DNA from: Haliotis cracherodii
Taxonomy: Eukaryota
DNA length: 64,000 nt
Assembly (NCBI RefSeq): GCF_022045235.1
Contig: NW_027266330.1
Location: 22,196,001 to 22,260,000 of the forward strand
Direction: 5' to 3'
In this document: positions 36,942 through 49,676 of the stretch, in pieces
Numbering within the stretch: the first letter of the stretch is position 1
Layout: every line of letters begins with the position of its first letter
Notes under the pieces: generated by a model
Told to the model about the DNA's origin: nothing
Database searches by the model: none
The model's input: the letters and a program-made list of their open reading frames with translations, nothing else
Position numbers and translations under genes: made by a program

Positions 36942-39900
36942 CTAGGACGATTCTAAGAGTCTCACAATGTCACTGAACTCCTTCTCTCTCGCAATATCCA
37001 CAGCAGTTTCATTGTTCAAGTTCCTGAGATTGCGATCAGCGTCTGAATTCAACAAAAGCCGCACCATGTCGGTGTAACCCATATCGACAGCCACATGGAG
37101 CGCAGATCCACCATCATATCTTCTCAAATTGATATCCTTCCCAGGTGTGCTTTTGCACCATTTCTCCACATGCTTCGTTATGATAGATTTCTGCTTTGGT
37201 GATATCCCTTCAAACAGTTTCAGGTTTGGATTTGCATGATTCTCAAGAAGACATTTTAGGACATCCATTGCCCCCATGTAGGCAGCTCCATGTAAGGCGC
37301 TTACTCCAACTGCACTTACATGATTTACCCTTGCACCTCTCTGAAATAAATTGTTCGCAGCCTCAGGATGCCCCAGGAGAGCAACACCTAGAAGAGGGTG
37401 ATATGACATGCCTCTTGGATGTAAGTCAGCTCCATGAGCTAACAATATATCTACTATCTTCATATTGTTCAGATATGAAGCAAATAGAAGGGGTGTTGAG
37501 AGATCTTCTGATAAAGCTTCTACGTTGGCATTGTGTTTCAGTAAAAGCAGCACAATGTCGGGTTGGTTGTGGATACTTGCCACATGAAGTGGGCTCCACT
37601 GATGATAACCTTTCATCTTGATATCTGCTTGATGTTGTATCAAAACCCTTGCTACATTTGCCTGTCCATACATTGATGCAAAGTGAAGAGGACTGAAACC
37701 ATTCGCAAGCTGGTCAACATCTGCCCCCCTACTGATGAGCTTTTCAACGACTGAAGAGGCGCCAGTAATAGATGACCCATGTAAGGCTGTGAATCCGCCT
37801 TCAGAAGATTTGTTCACTTCGATCCTTCTTTGTAGGAGCTCGTCCACAATGTCTTCATGGTTTAAAATTGCTGCTAGATGGAGAAGTGTATATCCTTCGA
37901 CATTTGAGGTTAAACTTTTCTCATTGTCCTCAAGCAATTGCTTCACAGTTTCCAGCTCTCCCTGCAATGTTGCTATTATAATAGCATTAGTTTCTGACCG
38001 TTTATGGAGAACAACCTCTTTCAGCATTTCAGTACGGCCATATTCATATGCTGCAGTGATAACGTCACTGAAATCTACTCTCACATCATTTAGGAACAGC
38101 TGAAAGATACACAATTCATTTGCTTTTGCAGCAAAAGCTACAGGAGGTCCCAATTCAGCCTTCAAGTTGACGTCAGCTCCTTCAGTTATCAGAAGGTTTA
38201 CAATGTCATAATTTCCTTCATAACTTGCCACATGAAGAGGAGTAAAACCTTCATCTGATACATTAAGCTGCTTAACCAATGCACGACCTTCGTTTCTGGG
38301 ATTTGTTAATGACACAATTCTGCTTTTAATTTGTTTATTCATAGCAGCACCCTTCTCAAGCAAAAGTTTAAACACTTTCATGTGCCCATTTTCTGCAGCC
38401 ACAAACAAAGGCGTAACTCCCCCATTGCTTTCACGTTCAATTGATATGTGGTTTGACAGCAGATTCACAACTGCAAGGTGACCAGCTGCAGCAGCCCAAT
38501 GAAGTGCATTTGCCCCCATGCGTGGATCTGGGGTGTATACATCCACTTGGTGTTTGATCAGAACTTTACACACTTCAATGTGATTCTGATTGGCTGCTAT
38601 AATTAGGCATGGCAACCCTTCTTCAGTGATTTCCCCAATGTCCCGTGAAGTCAGTTTCAAACTGGTAACAATGAACTCCAGTGCAGAATGATTGCCCCAT
38701 CTGCTGCAGCCCACAACTGCATGGTGATACATTTCCCGTGTCATTGGGTACTTCTGCAACAACGCTTTCATCATCACATCTGAACCATTGCTAGATGCCC
38801 AGTACAATAGTTTCTCGACAGCTAAGTCATCTGTGGATGTTGGGAGTCGACACATAACTTGATCAACAAAGCTTTGAATTCGTAGCAGTTGATGTGGGCA
38901 GCAGCTTTCAAATAAACCAAGTTTTATTTCCTGTGAAAACCGTTCTGCTAGTATAATGAAATGACTGTCTTCAGAAATACTGATGCTGTATTTTTCTTCT
39001 CTCATATTTCTTGCCTTTTCAAATAGTTCAAGGGGTCCATACTTTATGATGAACTCAGTGTCAGATGCTGCTATGATGTTTGATGATACTTCAAGAAAGG
39101 ATGGATGAGAAAACTTTACACAACCTTCTGTTGTAAACAGGTATGGATCCTCTGCAGCAGCGGTGAAAACCTCAGACATAGATGTTTCCCTCAAGCTGAA
39201 TTGACTCATTACCATCCGCCGTTTTTCATTTGAATCACTGGAAGGATCTTTCAAATCAAGTGTGCCTTTGAATGCTGTTAAGAGATAGAGGAGGCACTTC
39301 ATGGTCGAATTCTTCAAAAGATGTTGAATACTTTCTCCAGCAAAAAACAACGGATTGTCAAAGAACTGTTCGGCGTTTGTGTTCTCCTTTCCTAAAGTGA
39401 CGAACAACTGACATGAGTGTGCAAATCCATGAATATTTCGCTTCCAGATTATGCTGTGTTTTTCTTCATCAGAAATATGCCTGTTTGTGGCTTCTAAGTA
39501 TCTGTCTAACATTTTAGTCTTCTCACTTGTCACAGTTTTCTCGGTAAGATTCACTTCCCTGGAACCTGCAAAATGTGACTGAAGCTTCCCTAAACGCAAG
39601 AGTGCGTCTGCGTAAACATCACATCTGCTAGTGAATAACGTTTTAATGTTTGTCTTAGTTTGGAGCCGACTGAATATGTTTTCCAAATCGGGTGTTAACG
39701 TAAATGTGCACCTGAACCTCCCAAACACGTCATCACAAAGGATAAACGTTTCTTCAGAGTTTTGAATAGCGCTTTCCATCTCCACGGCACTGGTCGCATG
39801 TACTACTCGTATTCCTTTTGATCTGTAGTGTTCCAGAAGAAGAATGCCTATGACTGTCTTTCCTTCACCTGCTGATCCGAGAAGAAGTACATGGCGATGT

Positions 39901-42696
39901 GTTCCAAAGAGGACAAGTATGTCATCCATAATTCGTGGTCTGATGAACTCTGTGGTATATAGAAAGTGACCATAAGAAACCCCAGATGTGACATTTGTAT
40001 ATGTAGGCAATGACTGAATTTGAAGTTACATATTTGAGAAAGCAAATCAGAGAAATAACACCGTCCTTACATACCCAGGTTTAAAATCTACTGTCCGTGA
40101 CAAATGCAGGTGCTACTGCTTTATCTGTACTAGAACGCGCTGTAGTCTTTGGTGAAATTAGCTTTCAAATTGAAACTCTCTTAAGACTGAACGTGTATAT
40201 GTTGTCATGCGGCAAGGAAAAATCGTTTACAAAACGATACCTTTCTTTTATATTTGTGATTTTGCTAATCAGAAGTGCATGTTTATTTATTGGTACAATT
40301 GTGCTGCAAATATTTTTTTTCGAGTTGCATTGTGAAACATTTCTGAAACATACCTGAACAGAAGGTCCATGTGATTTTGTTGGTTTTAATTGTTTCTGTG
40401 ACAGCTGCTTTTTCGCACCATTCAACTGTCATATTGGCAGGACATTCAGGATGCAAGGTCGTTGTAACACTCTCACATACTTTTCTGAAACAAATGTACG
40501 ATATAANNNNNNNNNNNNNNNNNNNNNNNNNNNNNNNNNNNNNNNNNNNNNNNNNNNNNNNNNNNNNNNNNNNNNNNNNNNNNNNNNNNNNNNNNNNNNN
40601 NNNNNNNNNNNNNNNNNNNNNNNNNNNNNNNNNNNNNCTACATAGACTGTACGTTCATTTTAACATTACTGTAAAAAAAAAGAAATGATCTGCTAACCTG
40701 TGTTTGAAAATGTCATTCTCTGATTTGACAATGAGATGAGTTGGTAGAAAATTCTGAAGTCTTCTGGCCACTTCCAACATCAGAGTAGTCCCACCACTTT
40801 TTGGAAGGGTTGACACAAAAACATAGTTGAAATTCATATTTTCTACCAACACTGTGCACTGTTCTCTTGTTAAGAAATTAATCACGTCAGTGTCGGGAAA
40901 CTGATCTCCAGGCTCTACCTTTGCAACCACAGCCCAAAAGGAAGTGATAACTTTAAAATATTTCCTTTCTGACATATAAAGGGAGTCAAGCGTAACAAAC
41001 TTGCTACATGATTCTACAAGTGTCTTTAAATGAGACTGCAATGTATCATGGGAGTCTAGATGGGACATGCACACAACACCAAACACTGCTGAAAAGTCAT
41101 CATCAATGAACTTATTGAGGGAGGTTGTCACCCCTCTAGCAACACTGACGTTGTATTTCCTTGCTTCTGGTGTGTCCTTATCCACTAAAGTCAGTACAAA
41201 TGCTGGTTGAGAAGGTAACATCAGGACAATATCGCAGTGAATATCAGATGGTAATTCCCTGCATGGGATATTTAAGGGAAAACACAAGGTCTGTGCAATG
41301 AAGATGAAACCCTCTGTTCCTTGATGAAGTGTTGGTTCTAGCAAACTATTTTGTGACATGACATGATATTTGCCTTTTTGAAGAAACAGTTGAAGTTTCT
41401 CAGTGATCCTTTTAAGATTGGTAGGTAGGATGTTAGGTACAACGTTGAGTTTACCTGTAAGTATAAATAATAAAATATAACCATTTTACAATAACCCTCA
41501 GGACTAAGGCTTTACATGTGACATCTACATCAGATACATTAGCTCTATATTTATGTGTCTGTGTCGAGGGACATGCCACATTGCCTTCATAATATAATAT
41601 ATATGTATACATATATGGTGATAACTTACTGTGCATTTTGCAATCCGGAGATTGCAGGAGAATATGAATCAAAAACATTTTTTTTAAATTATATGCCTCG
41701 AAGAAAAAGAGAATATACCTCGAGGGGAGTAGAACTCTTGTATGTCGTGAATACTGTCTCCTATCTGTTGTAGTGTTGGTAGAAAAAAGTCTCTTGTTTG
41801 AATGGTGAATTTGTGATTTTGGTCCGGGAAGATTCTTGTCTGAAAACATGTACAATTAATCATTTACACCAATACATGCGTGCAGTAACGTGTACACATT
41901 TGTGAAAATGTTTATGTGGCACAAACAAAGCTTTCATAACAACTCCTGATAAACTTTATCAGTGTGTTTCAGTAACGACCAGTATTGATGTCACCAACAG
42001 ACTACACATTCACAACATCAGTTACACTAAAAACTGGCCACAACACCGCAACTACATGTGTAAAACAACTGATATAATTAAGCACACTATAAGGTATGAA
42101 TGATATTTTTGATCAGAGTATCCTAAGGATCAAAACCTACCTTAAGCTCAGTTGGGGCCAATGCAAAGTTTTGGGTGTCAAATTTTCTTGTCCTGAAGAA
42201 GAAGAAATAAGGGTCCAATATAGGAAACCATAATCTATGTCATGACAATATTGATGTTTTGATGATGATCATGATGCTGATGATGACAGGTTACATCGAT
42301 GTAATATATAGGCTGTCATTGTGATTTGCAGAAAAGGAAATATATTTCCAGCAGGTCATGTCTACTAGTGACTGAGTTAAGCATAACATAACTGCATTAC
42401 CGCAACCGTGTTTTAAGTGAAAGATGAAGAAAATTGACACAGGATGTATTTTACATCCCTTGTGGTTAAGCTCAAAACATTTCAGACACTCCTCTGCGTG
42501 CTCTTTTCACTGCTGTTTAAAGCATCGTTACAATTCATCTTTAGCATTTACAGATTCGCCTGTGATTAAAATAGACACCATTATGATAAGAGAGATGTGT
42601 ATACAATGATTCATACTTGACTTGTCCAATTTCCCCCTCTCCGTCTTTACGTTTTTCACCAATGTGTTTAAGTTTTTCGCCTGTAAGGAGTGACAT
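36942..42696 (-). CDS. Gene B' (inverted paralog of B, ~1382 aa); exons 42696-42617, 42192-42141, 41839-41719, 41454-40698, 40484-40354, 39949-36942
   Basis: Same six exons and phases as B; indels are multiples of 3 (12 nt in exon 4, 42 nt in exon 5); total 4149 nt, open. Confidence 0.88.
40507..40637. other. Assembly gap
   Basis: Run of N in intron 4 of B'. Confidence 1.
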
Positions 42697-42850
42697 CTGG
42701 AAATGAAATAATCAAGAGTTACATATATCTAGTATTACCATGACCATTTGAGACCTGAAAAAGATTAAGATAATAATTTCAATACATAGCTATAACACGA
42801 TCTGTTTTGACTTTTGTAAGCACACAGTATGTCCTTGTTTGTATGTCAGT

Positions 42851-43082
42851 ACCTGTGAAGATCCGGGGTAGAATAGGTCTTCAACAACCCATGCTTGCCG
42901 TAAAAGGCGACTATGCTTGTCGTAAGAGGCGACAAACGGTGGTCAGGCTCGCTGACTTGGTTGATGCATGTCATTGTATCGCAACTGCATGGATCGATGC
43001 TCGTGTCAATCACTGGATTGTCTGGTCCAGACTCGATTATTTACAGAGTGCGGCGTTGAACAACAAACAAACGAACAAACAA
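42851..43082 (+). mobile_element. SINE family 2 copy
   Basis: Head-to-tail match to family. Confidence 0.85.
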
Positions 43083-43829
43083 ATTGTACGTCAGTAGTCA
43101 GTTAAGACAAGACATGCTTTATTCTCTTGCCGCCTTATGAGTCAACCATGGTGCTTGGTTCGTTTGAAACGTGGAATGACGTGTTTTGAATACTAACATA
43201 GAGTTCCTTCATCGGAGAATTTCAAGCCTATCTGAAAACAATATCCCTGGACAATCCAATGTGAATTAAGCCAGAACTCATAGGCAATCTCAAAAGTGTT
43301 GTGTACCAATGCGTTCCTTTTATTAAAGTTGTCCAGTTAAAAAACAGAGTGGAACTAAACAAAGATAAAGTTTATTGATCACTTGGAGGTCACGTGAAAA
43401 GAACAGTTTACATACTTTAATTTTGAGATATTGAACCACCAGTAAATATTTTTCCTCTTTCTGTATTCTAGATGTAGCAACAGTGTACGAGGCAAGGACT
43501 TTGATGCGTTCATAGTCGGATCCCTTGGAGGATCGAAAATCTTGTGATCATTATTTCTAACAATGATTAGATCAAAACAGCCTTCATGAAAATAGTGTGT
43601 TACATTTCGAATCATGATGAACAATCGAATGGATGCCATAAACTGTATTTGTTTCTTTATAAACCTGTCAGATGTTAGGGCTACTAAAATCATCCTTGTC
43701 ACTGTCCACTTTCCTTCGTTTTTTTTTCCAAGTTACGTTCTAATAAACAAACCAAAAATGAATCTCAGCTTTAACATGATATTGGCCAATAACAAGCAGG
43801 CCCTTTGTTGCCCATTAGATAAACAGGAA

Positions 43830-44109
43830 AGTGAGTGAGTGAGTTTGGTTTGACGCCGCCTTTAACATTATTCCAGTTATATCACGGCGTGGCAGCTTAA
43901 TTATGGAGGAAAGCCCGAAGTGATGCAGGTCTCAGACGTTTACCACTTCGGTGAAACCCACGAGCCAGGGTATGGTGCTGACAAACCTAGAAAATTAGAA
44001 AATCAGGGTGACCCGGGTTTCGAACCCACAATCATAGGTTTCCGGCGTGTCCAGGGGACGCAACTCTGCACAGCGAACTGCCTTAGACAACTGGGCCACC
44101 CGTGTCCCC
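43830..44109 (-). mobile_element. SINE family 1 copy
   Basis: Matches family consensus. Confidence 0.88.
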
Positions 44110-44516
44110 TTCAAAGGCTTCAGGACGGTTTGTCTTTCCTGGTATCTACTTTACGCTTGGCAAATACCCAAAGTTCCACTGCGTTTCACTTATTCATTTC
44201 CACCCACCTGTGACGACTGCACACACTTTGTTATCCTATCTGTATGACTCGCCCCGCTTACCAGCTTTTAATATTAAACGAAATCCTATCTCGACTTTTT
44301 GCACTGCACTCTGTACCCACAATACAACAATGAGAAAGCGAAGAAGGAAGGTGATCGTCGTTCAGAACAAGAAAACAGCGTTATCACTATCCCCCGTGTC
44401 GGGGCACTTAAGAATATTGTTTGTTAAGTGTACTAAAAATCCTTAAGAAGAGATAGGCACTAGGCTAGCTTTATCTCATCAGAATTTGTTTTATTAAAAG
44501 TGAAATTAATACTCAC

Positions 44517-45027
44517 AAAAGGCCCCTTCTCAGGGAATAATAATGTATAATCCCATTTCACGAAGCTGAGCATGCAAAGCTTTATTCATGCGACGTCATT
44601 AGTTTCAGAGAAACGTTGTCCACATTTGTGACACTACACAATAAGTTGAAAAGCATGAAGCAAGGACCATAACTCTGTACAAAAACAATTTTGGCAACAA
44701 TTTTCGAGATCAGTACAGACAAGTATCTCTAATATAAGCACATTCATGAAATTTCAGTAGTTTCTGAGGAAACCTGTCCCCATTTCACGCAGTATGAATT
44801 ATGTTGAAAAGCTGGGAGCAAGGGCCACAACTCTGTAAGAAAATAATTTAAGACACCCTTTTTCGAACTCATTTAAGAACATGGCCAGTAATATTTCTTT
44901 TCCCTAACTTAAATAGAAAATGCGGTTCCTTTGAAAAGCGGACGGAAGGACAGACGGAAGGATGGAAGGATGGGAGAACGAACACCGTTCCCATAATCCC
45001 TGCCCCGCTTCTTGGCGGGGGATAATA
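44517..45027 (+). mobile_element. Non-autonomous Helentron-type element (HINE-like)
   Basis: About 158-bp internal tandem units (AAGGACCATAACTCTGTA / AAGGGCCACAACTCTGTA), GACG/GAAG-type microsatellite, and 3' hairpin CCCCGC-TTCTTG-GCGGGG followed by ATAA. Confidence 0.7.
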
Positions 45028-46147
45028 ACATCACTTGTGACTCATTGTTGTAAAATCTTAATGTCACATAACACCAATAGCTAGGCGGGAAAATCTACAC
45101 ATAATGACGTGCACAAACTGTGAGATATCCGTTGATATGAAATGCACATTTTATAACCCCCACACGTGCATGTACAACGACTGTAGCTAAAATATACACT
45201 CTGTAATATACACACAATGAAAAGAGATTTGACTGAGGAAGAGAATAGGTACTCACTGTCTGAATGTGGTCAGTATATGTGTTGAGGCGATGTTTGTGCC
45301 TCTGTGGGCACTCTCCATGTGTTATGAAAGACGGCTATTAGTGCAGCGTACCTTAGCGCGTACATGTAACGCAAGGCTGCACAGCGACAACGATACATTA
45401 TAACAGCAGCAGTGTGTCGTAGTGTCTATCCGTTTCAAATCCGTCGACGTAAAACGACAGTAGCAAAGTGCTTCACACACGTTGAACTGATATGCAGGCT
45501 ACATACGATGCAACCAAATACATGTATATGTATGTAATCCATTCAGCAATCTGATACTAAATTGACACATAATGTATGTTTGGGCTCTGATTATTGAACA
45601 GTACTTTGTGTACTGATGTGAGAACAGAGACGAACAGCAAGCTGACAAACGGGTGTCCCTTATCACAACTCTATTTTAAATGATACAAAGAGACGAAGGA
45701 AAGTCACTGTTGATTATGTGGCGCTTTGCGGTTTAGTTTTTTAGTTTTGGACAAGGACGATAACTGCTGTTGAGGGATATCAGACAGAGCATGTGTTTGG
45801 ACATGAAATTTGAAAATGTGCATCGGTGAGAATATTAAACTGATGTACTACTGAAATTTGTAAGTACGTGTTATGCATAGCGTTTAGATGTCTCACATAT
45901 GTATGAAAGAAAGTGTAGAAAATATATCCATTTATATAATTACCAACCTGTTGATGTTCTGTGTGCCTGTTATTACCATCTATACCTTATTTTGGACTTC
46001 CTCGGAGTGAGTTGGTAATTTAACAAATTGTGTTTCGTACATGAGTACATGAAAGTCAGTTGTTTCTTTTTTGTATAGTTGCATCTTGAACCTGCTTCTT
46101 GTTCTATACTGATGAGTATTTACCAACCCAACAGTGCGAATTCATGT

Positions 46148-46552
46148 GAGGATAAGCTATATGGTTTAACAACATTACTTCTTTATTGAAAATTAGGTGC
46201 GACGTTTCGGTGTGTAGGTTCTAACACCGTTATCAAGCAAGTGACGTACATGGTTGAGAAGTAGATATACATGTAAGAGGTAGTTTTTTTACACTTGAGT
46301 AGATGGTGTGTGGTGATAATAGCGTGCGAAAGCATGTTATGTAGACATCGAGGGTGATATAACGTGAGACCAGTAGTATAAACAGAACGATTATGACTGA
46401 CTGGACTCTTTGATGAACACGTTCTTATATCTGTACAAGTTCCGCAACCATAGTCTGTAATCAATTGCTTGATAGCAGTGTTAGAACATAAACCCAAACG
46501 TCGCTCCTAATTTGTAATAAAAAAGTGTTCCTCCATATGAGGTATCTTTACT
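46148..46552. mobile_element. Penelope-derived miniature element with inverted pLTR-like ends
   Basis: About 90-bp imperfect inverted repeats (46150-46240 and 46466-46550), each holding a hammerhead-like motif and AATAAA. Confidence 0.65.
46198..46239 (-). ncRNA. Minimal type I hammerhead ribozyme motif (U3-A8 variant)
   Basis: Minus strand UGC-UUGAUAA-C-GGUGU-loop-ACACC-GAAA-CG-UC-GCA: stem I, core, stem II, GAAA and minimal palindromic stem III with UC cleavage site. Confidence 0.7.
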
Positions 46553-47789
46553 TAGTCAAGTTTCTAAATGCCTCTCAAAGATGTACGAATTTATGCAAAG
46601 AGTTTCATTTCTAAAACTGACCGTGTATGCATCATGTTACAGAATTAATCAGTGTGACCAGTGGGAGTCCAATATTTATTGACTTTTAAAATTACAGTTT
46701 GCAATATTAATAATATGAAATATGCTTAAGATGTTTACAAGATTGTACAAGAGAATGATCATGATTCCGAACGAGTTAGATATCCTTGTGGAACGACAAA
46801 AGCAATCATACATTTGTATCCTGCGCATCAACAAGAGAATGAATTATTGACGAGTGATGCAAAATATTCAGTTTGTTTAGTGTCGAGGCATGTGTATACG
46901 ATGCTAAATTCAGTATTTGTCAGTTATATTTTGTGAATGTACTTAAGTCATGTACTTAAGTTCACATTGCAGCTATTTGTAAATGGAAACATCACTGGTC
47001 CGGTGTATATGTAGAATAAAGAGACATGATGATCAATGTTTACGCACAATACTTAAGCATACTTTTACAGTGCCCAAGGCAATGTGACAGAGTTATTTTG
47101 ATATATGTGTCTGCAATATGGGACACCATGCTGTTATCTTGGTTGTCAACATGGTGGAAGGAAGTAATCAGTCGAAACAGGTGCGATGTTGATCGTCTTA
47201 GCCAAGACATAGATAACCCTTCAGGAAACCACAATAACTTTGACTCATTATCTTGTGCAAATCCCAACTCAGCAACTAAAACCCTTACATGTACCTCTTC
47301 AAACCGACCTCAAACCATATACAAGATTACCCTTTCTATACCCTTAATTTACCTGCGTATTCCCAACCACACTTAGGAATACCAAGTACCGCAACTTACA
47401 CACCACATCTGACACATATACACAAGATCACCCACTGCATATTCTTACATAACCCATTTTTCCCAGGTTTACACATGATCACAAACAAGCGCATTCAAAG
47501 GGAAATTTTTTTTTTAACACCAAATGATGTATTAGTTGTAAGGTCAAAGGTAATGCATGGTGTTGTTTACATAATCTGAGGAATAAAAACACAATACCAA
47601 TCGCTGCTTATTGAAACAAAGACTTGGTTTTGAATTATGTGGTCTGATGAACAAACAGGTAATATTTATATTGATATTATTATATTTATATTTAGAAATT
47701 TCATATTGTGAAAATGACAACACATGTACATGTATGTCAATTTATTTTGTGTCTTTATATCAATGAAACTTGTCAAGTTGTGTTAGTCA

Positions 47790-49399
47790 TCAAAACGATG
47801 TTTGTGTGGGCATGGCAATCTTTTCGAACCATGTTTTCACATCAACAGGGGTACAAATGTTGTTGATGATTCGGCATGATACAGGGCCATGTTTGTCATA
47901 AAATGCTACTCCTTTGATTGGGCGAACCAGTACCTCGACAATGTAGTACTGCCTGGTTTGCGAACCATGTGTAGTACTTGATTGCACATATTCAGAGGGT
48001 ACAAGGGTGCATTTTACGTTCATTATGTCCAACTTACGATCAGTGTGCCCCTTAAAGTCACACACCAGGCTCTCGTCATGGACAAGTTCTTTGAGGTAGC
48101 CTCTGAACTCATTTTCGTCCTCAAGTGGCACTCCTTGTACAATGAGATCTTTTGACTTATACACACCATTGCTCTTATCTTTTTCCCCAATTCCTAGCAG
48201 GAAGGATCCACCCTGCTTGTTCTTGGTGAAGGCACTGACATACTCCCTCAGTCGAAAATCATCCCAAACTGTTCGGGCTTTGTTATAGCCCGATAATGAC
48301 TTCCAGTCAACTCCAAGTTTATTTTCAATGAAGCCCTTTAGTTGTAAATCACGTTTCTCTTGCAATTGTGAAATCGTTTCAAAGTCACCATTAAATTTGA
48401 AATCAATTTCTTCATGGTGAATGGGATTCCAATTGTTTTGTTCGACAACAAACCTTTTCATTGTGATAGGTAAAGGGTTTATAATTTCCCAGTCTAAAGA
48501 TATTTTAGTTTTAAAATCAGCTGTTGAAAATTCTGTGCCTTTTGTAACAAAAATACTGATGAAATCATGGAACTGATTGCATCCTTCAGCCTCGCAAAGC
48601 CTTGCTTTCTTATACACGCTTTCAAACATTCTTCCATCTTCTATCATTTTGTAAAGGGTGTCATCTGCAAACTCGTCAAAAGCACCAATGTAATTTTCAT
48701 TTTGAGTTAAGCCTACAATGTGAACAAGTAAGTAGCCACCATTAGAATTTCTTAGCGCTGAGATATGCCTTGTGAGCTCGAAAAGCTTCAAACTCCGTTT
48801 CTTCTTTTTCTCGATTTTTTCTCGATCAGTTAAGTTCCTGTCGATGCCATACAGATAGCGGACGTGAATACCCATAAATTGTATGGGTGTGTCAGGCCCG
48901 CTGACTTGGTTATTACATGTCATCGTGTCCCAAATTCGTGGATCGATGCTCATGATGTTAATCATTGGATTGTCTGGTCCAGATTCGATTATTTACAGAC
49001 CGCCGTTACATAGCTGGAATATTGCTGACTGTTGTGTTAAACAACAAACAAACAAAGCGCTACAACAAATTGGCCGGAATAATTACATCAATAGAATATC
49101 ACATCTGATGCCCATTAACTCACACAAAAGAAATACTGGGTGATAGTAAATATAGAATATTGCAACTGTGTCACGGCAGCCTGCAAATATTCGAGTTTAA
49201 ACCTGCCAACGACTTGCTCTTATGGCAATCATTGAGTATTGTCACCCATGCTACCCCGAACCACACAGCAGGCAGAAAGTTATGGAGGTTTCTATGTATC
49301 TAAAAGAAAACATACATACTCTGTGCAAGCTAAATGGATATCCTTTTCAGTGGATTCAAGTTTCTCTCCACAATGTCTGCATACTTCCAAAGTATTCAT
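47790..49399 (-). CDS. Gene A' (inverted paralog of A); exon 49399-49320 and main exon about 48885-47790; native acceptor replaced by a SINE, possibly a pseudogene
   Basis: Main ORF is open and colinear with A from IQFMGIHV to MPTQTSF*; exon 1 MNTLEVCRHCGE...HLACT with phase-2 GT donor; homology breaks at about 48886 where a family 2 SINE begins. Confidence 0.75.
48890..49036 (+). mobile_element. SINE family 2, 5'-truncated, at the intron/exon junction of A'
   Basis: GTCAGGCCCGCTGACTTGG...GCTGGAATATTGCTG...(AAAC)n. Confidence 0.85.
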
Positions 49400-49430
49400 T
49401 CCTCTGTGAAAAAAAGATTGGATGTCCATT

Positions 49431-49676
49431 TACAGTATTCCAGTCAAATCGCGGCGTGTCAGCTTAATGTGTGAGGAAAGCCCGAAGTGATACAGGTCTC
49501 AGACGTGTACCACTTCGGTGAAACCCACGAGCAAGGGTATGGTGACGAAAAACCTAGAAACATTAATCGGGACGAACCGGGATTCGAACCCACAATCATA
49601 GGTTTCAAGCGTTCCCAAGGGATGCAACTCTGCACAGAGAATCGCGGCACCTTAGACGACTGGGGCACCCGTGCCC
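49431..49676 (-). mobile_element. SINE family 1 copy
   Basis: Matches family consensus, tail truncated. Confidence 0.85.

Noticed and set aside
39950-40010. N-terminal extension MPTYTNV of the 1022-aa ORF
   Set aside because: Intronic; conserved acceptor ccacag sits at 39950 and the extension is not conserved in B.
42455-42560. Possible extra exon in B' intron 1
   Set aside because: Acceptor-like site present, but stops occur in all frames and B lacks most of it.
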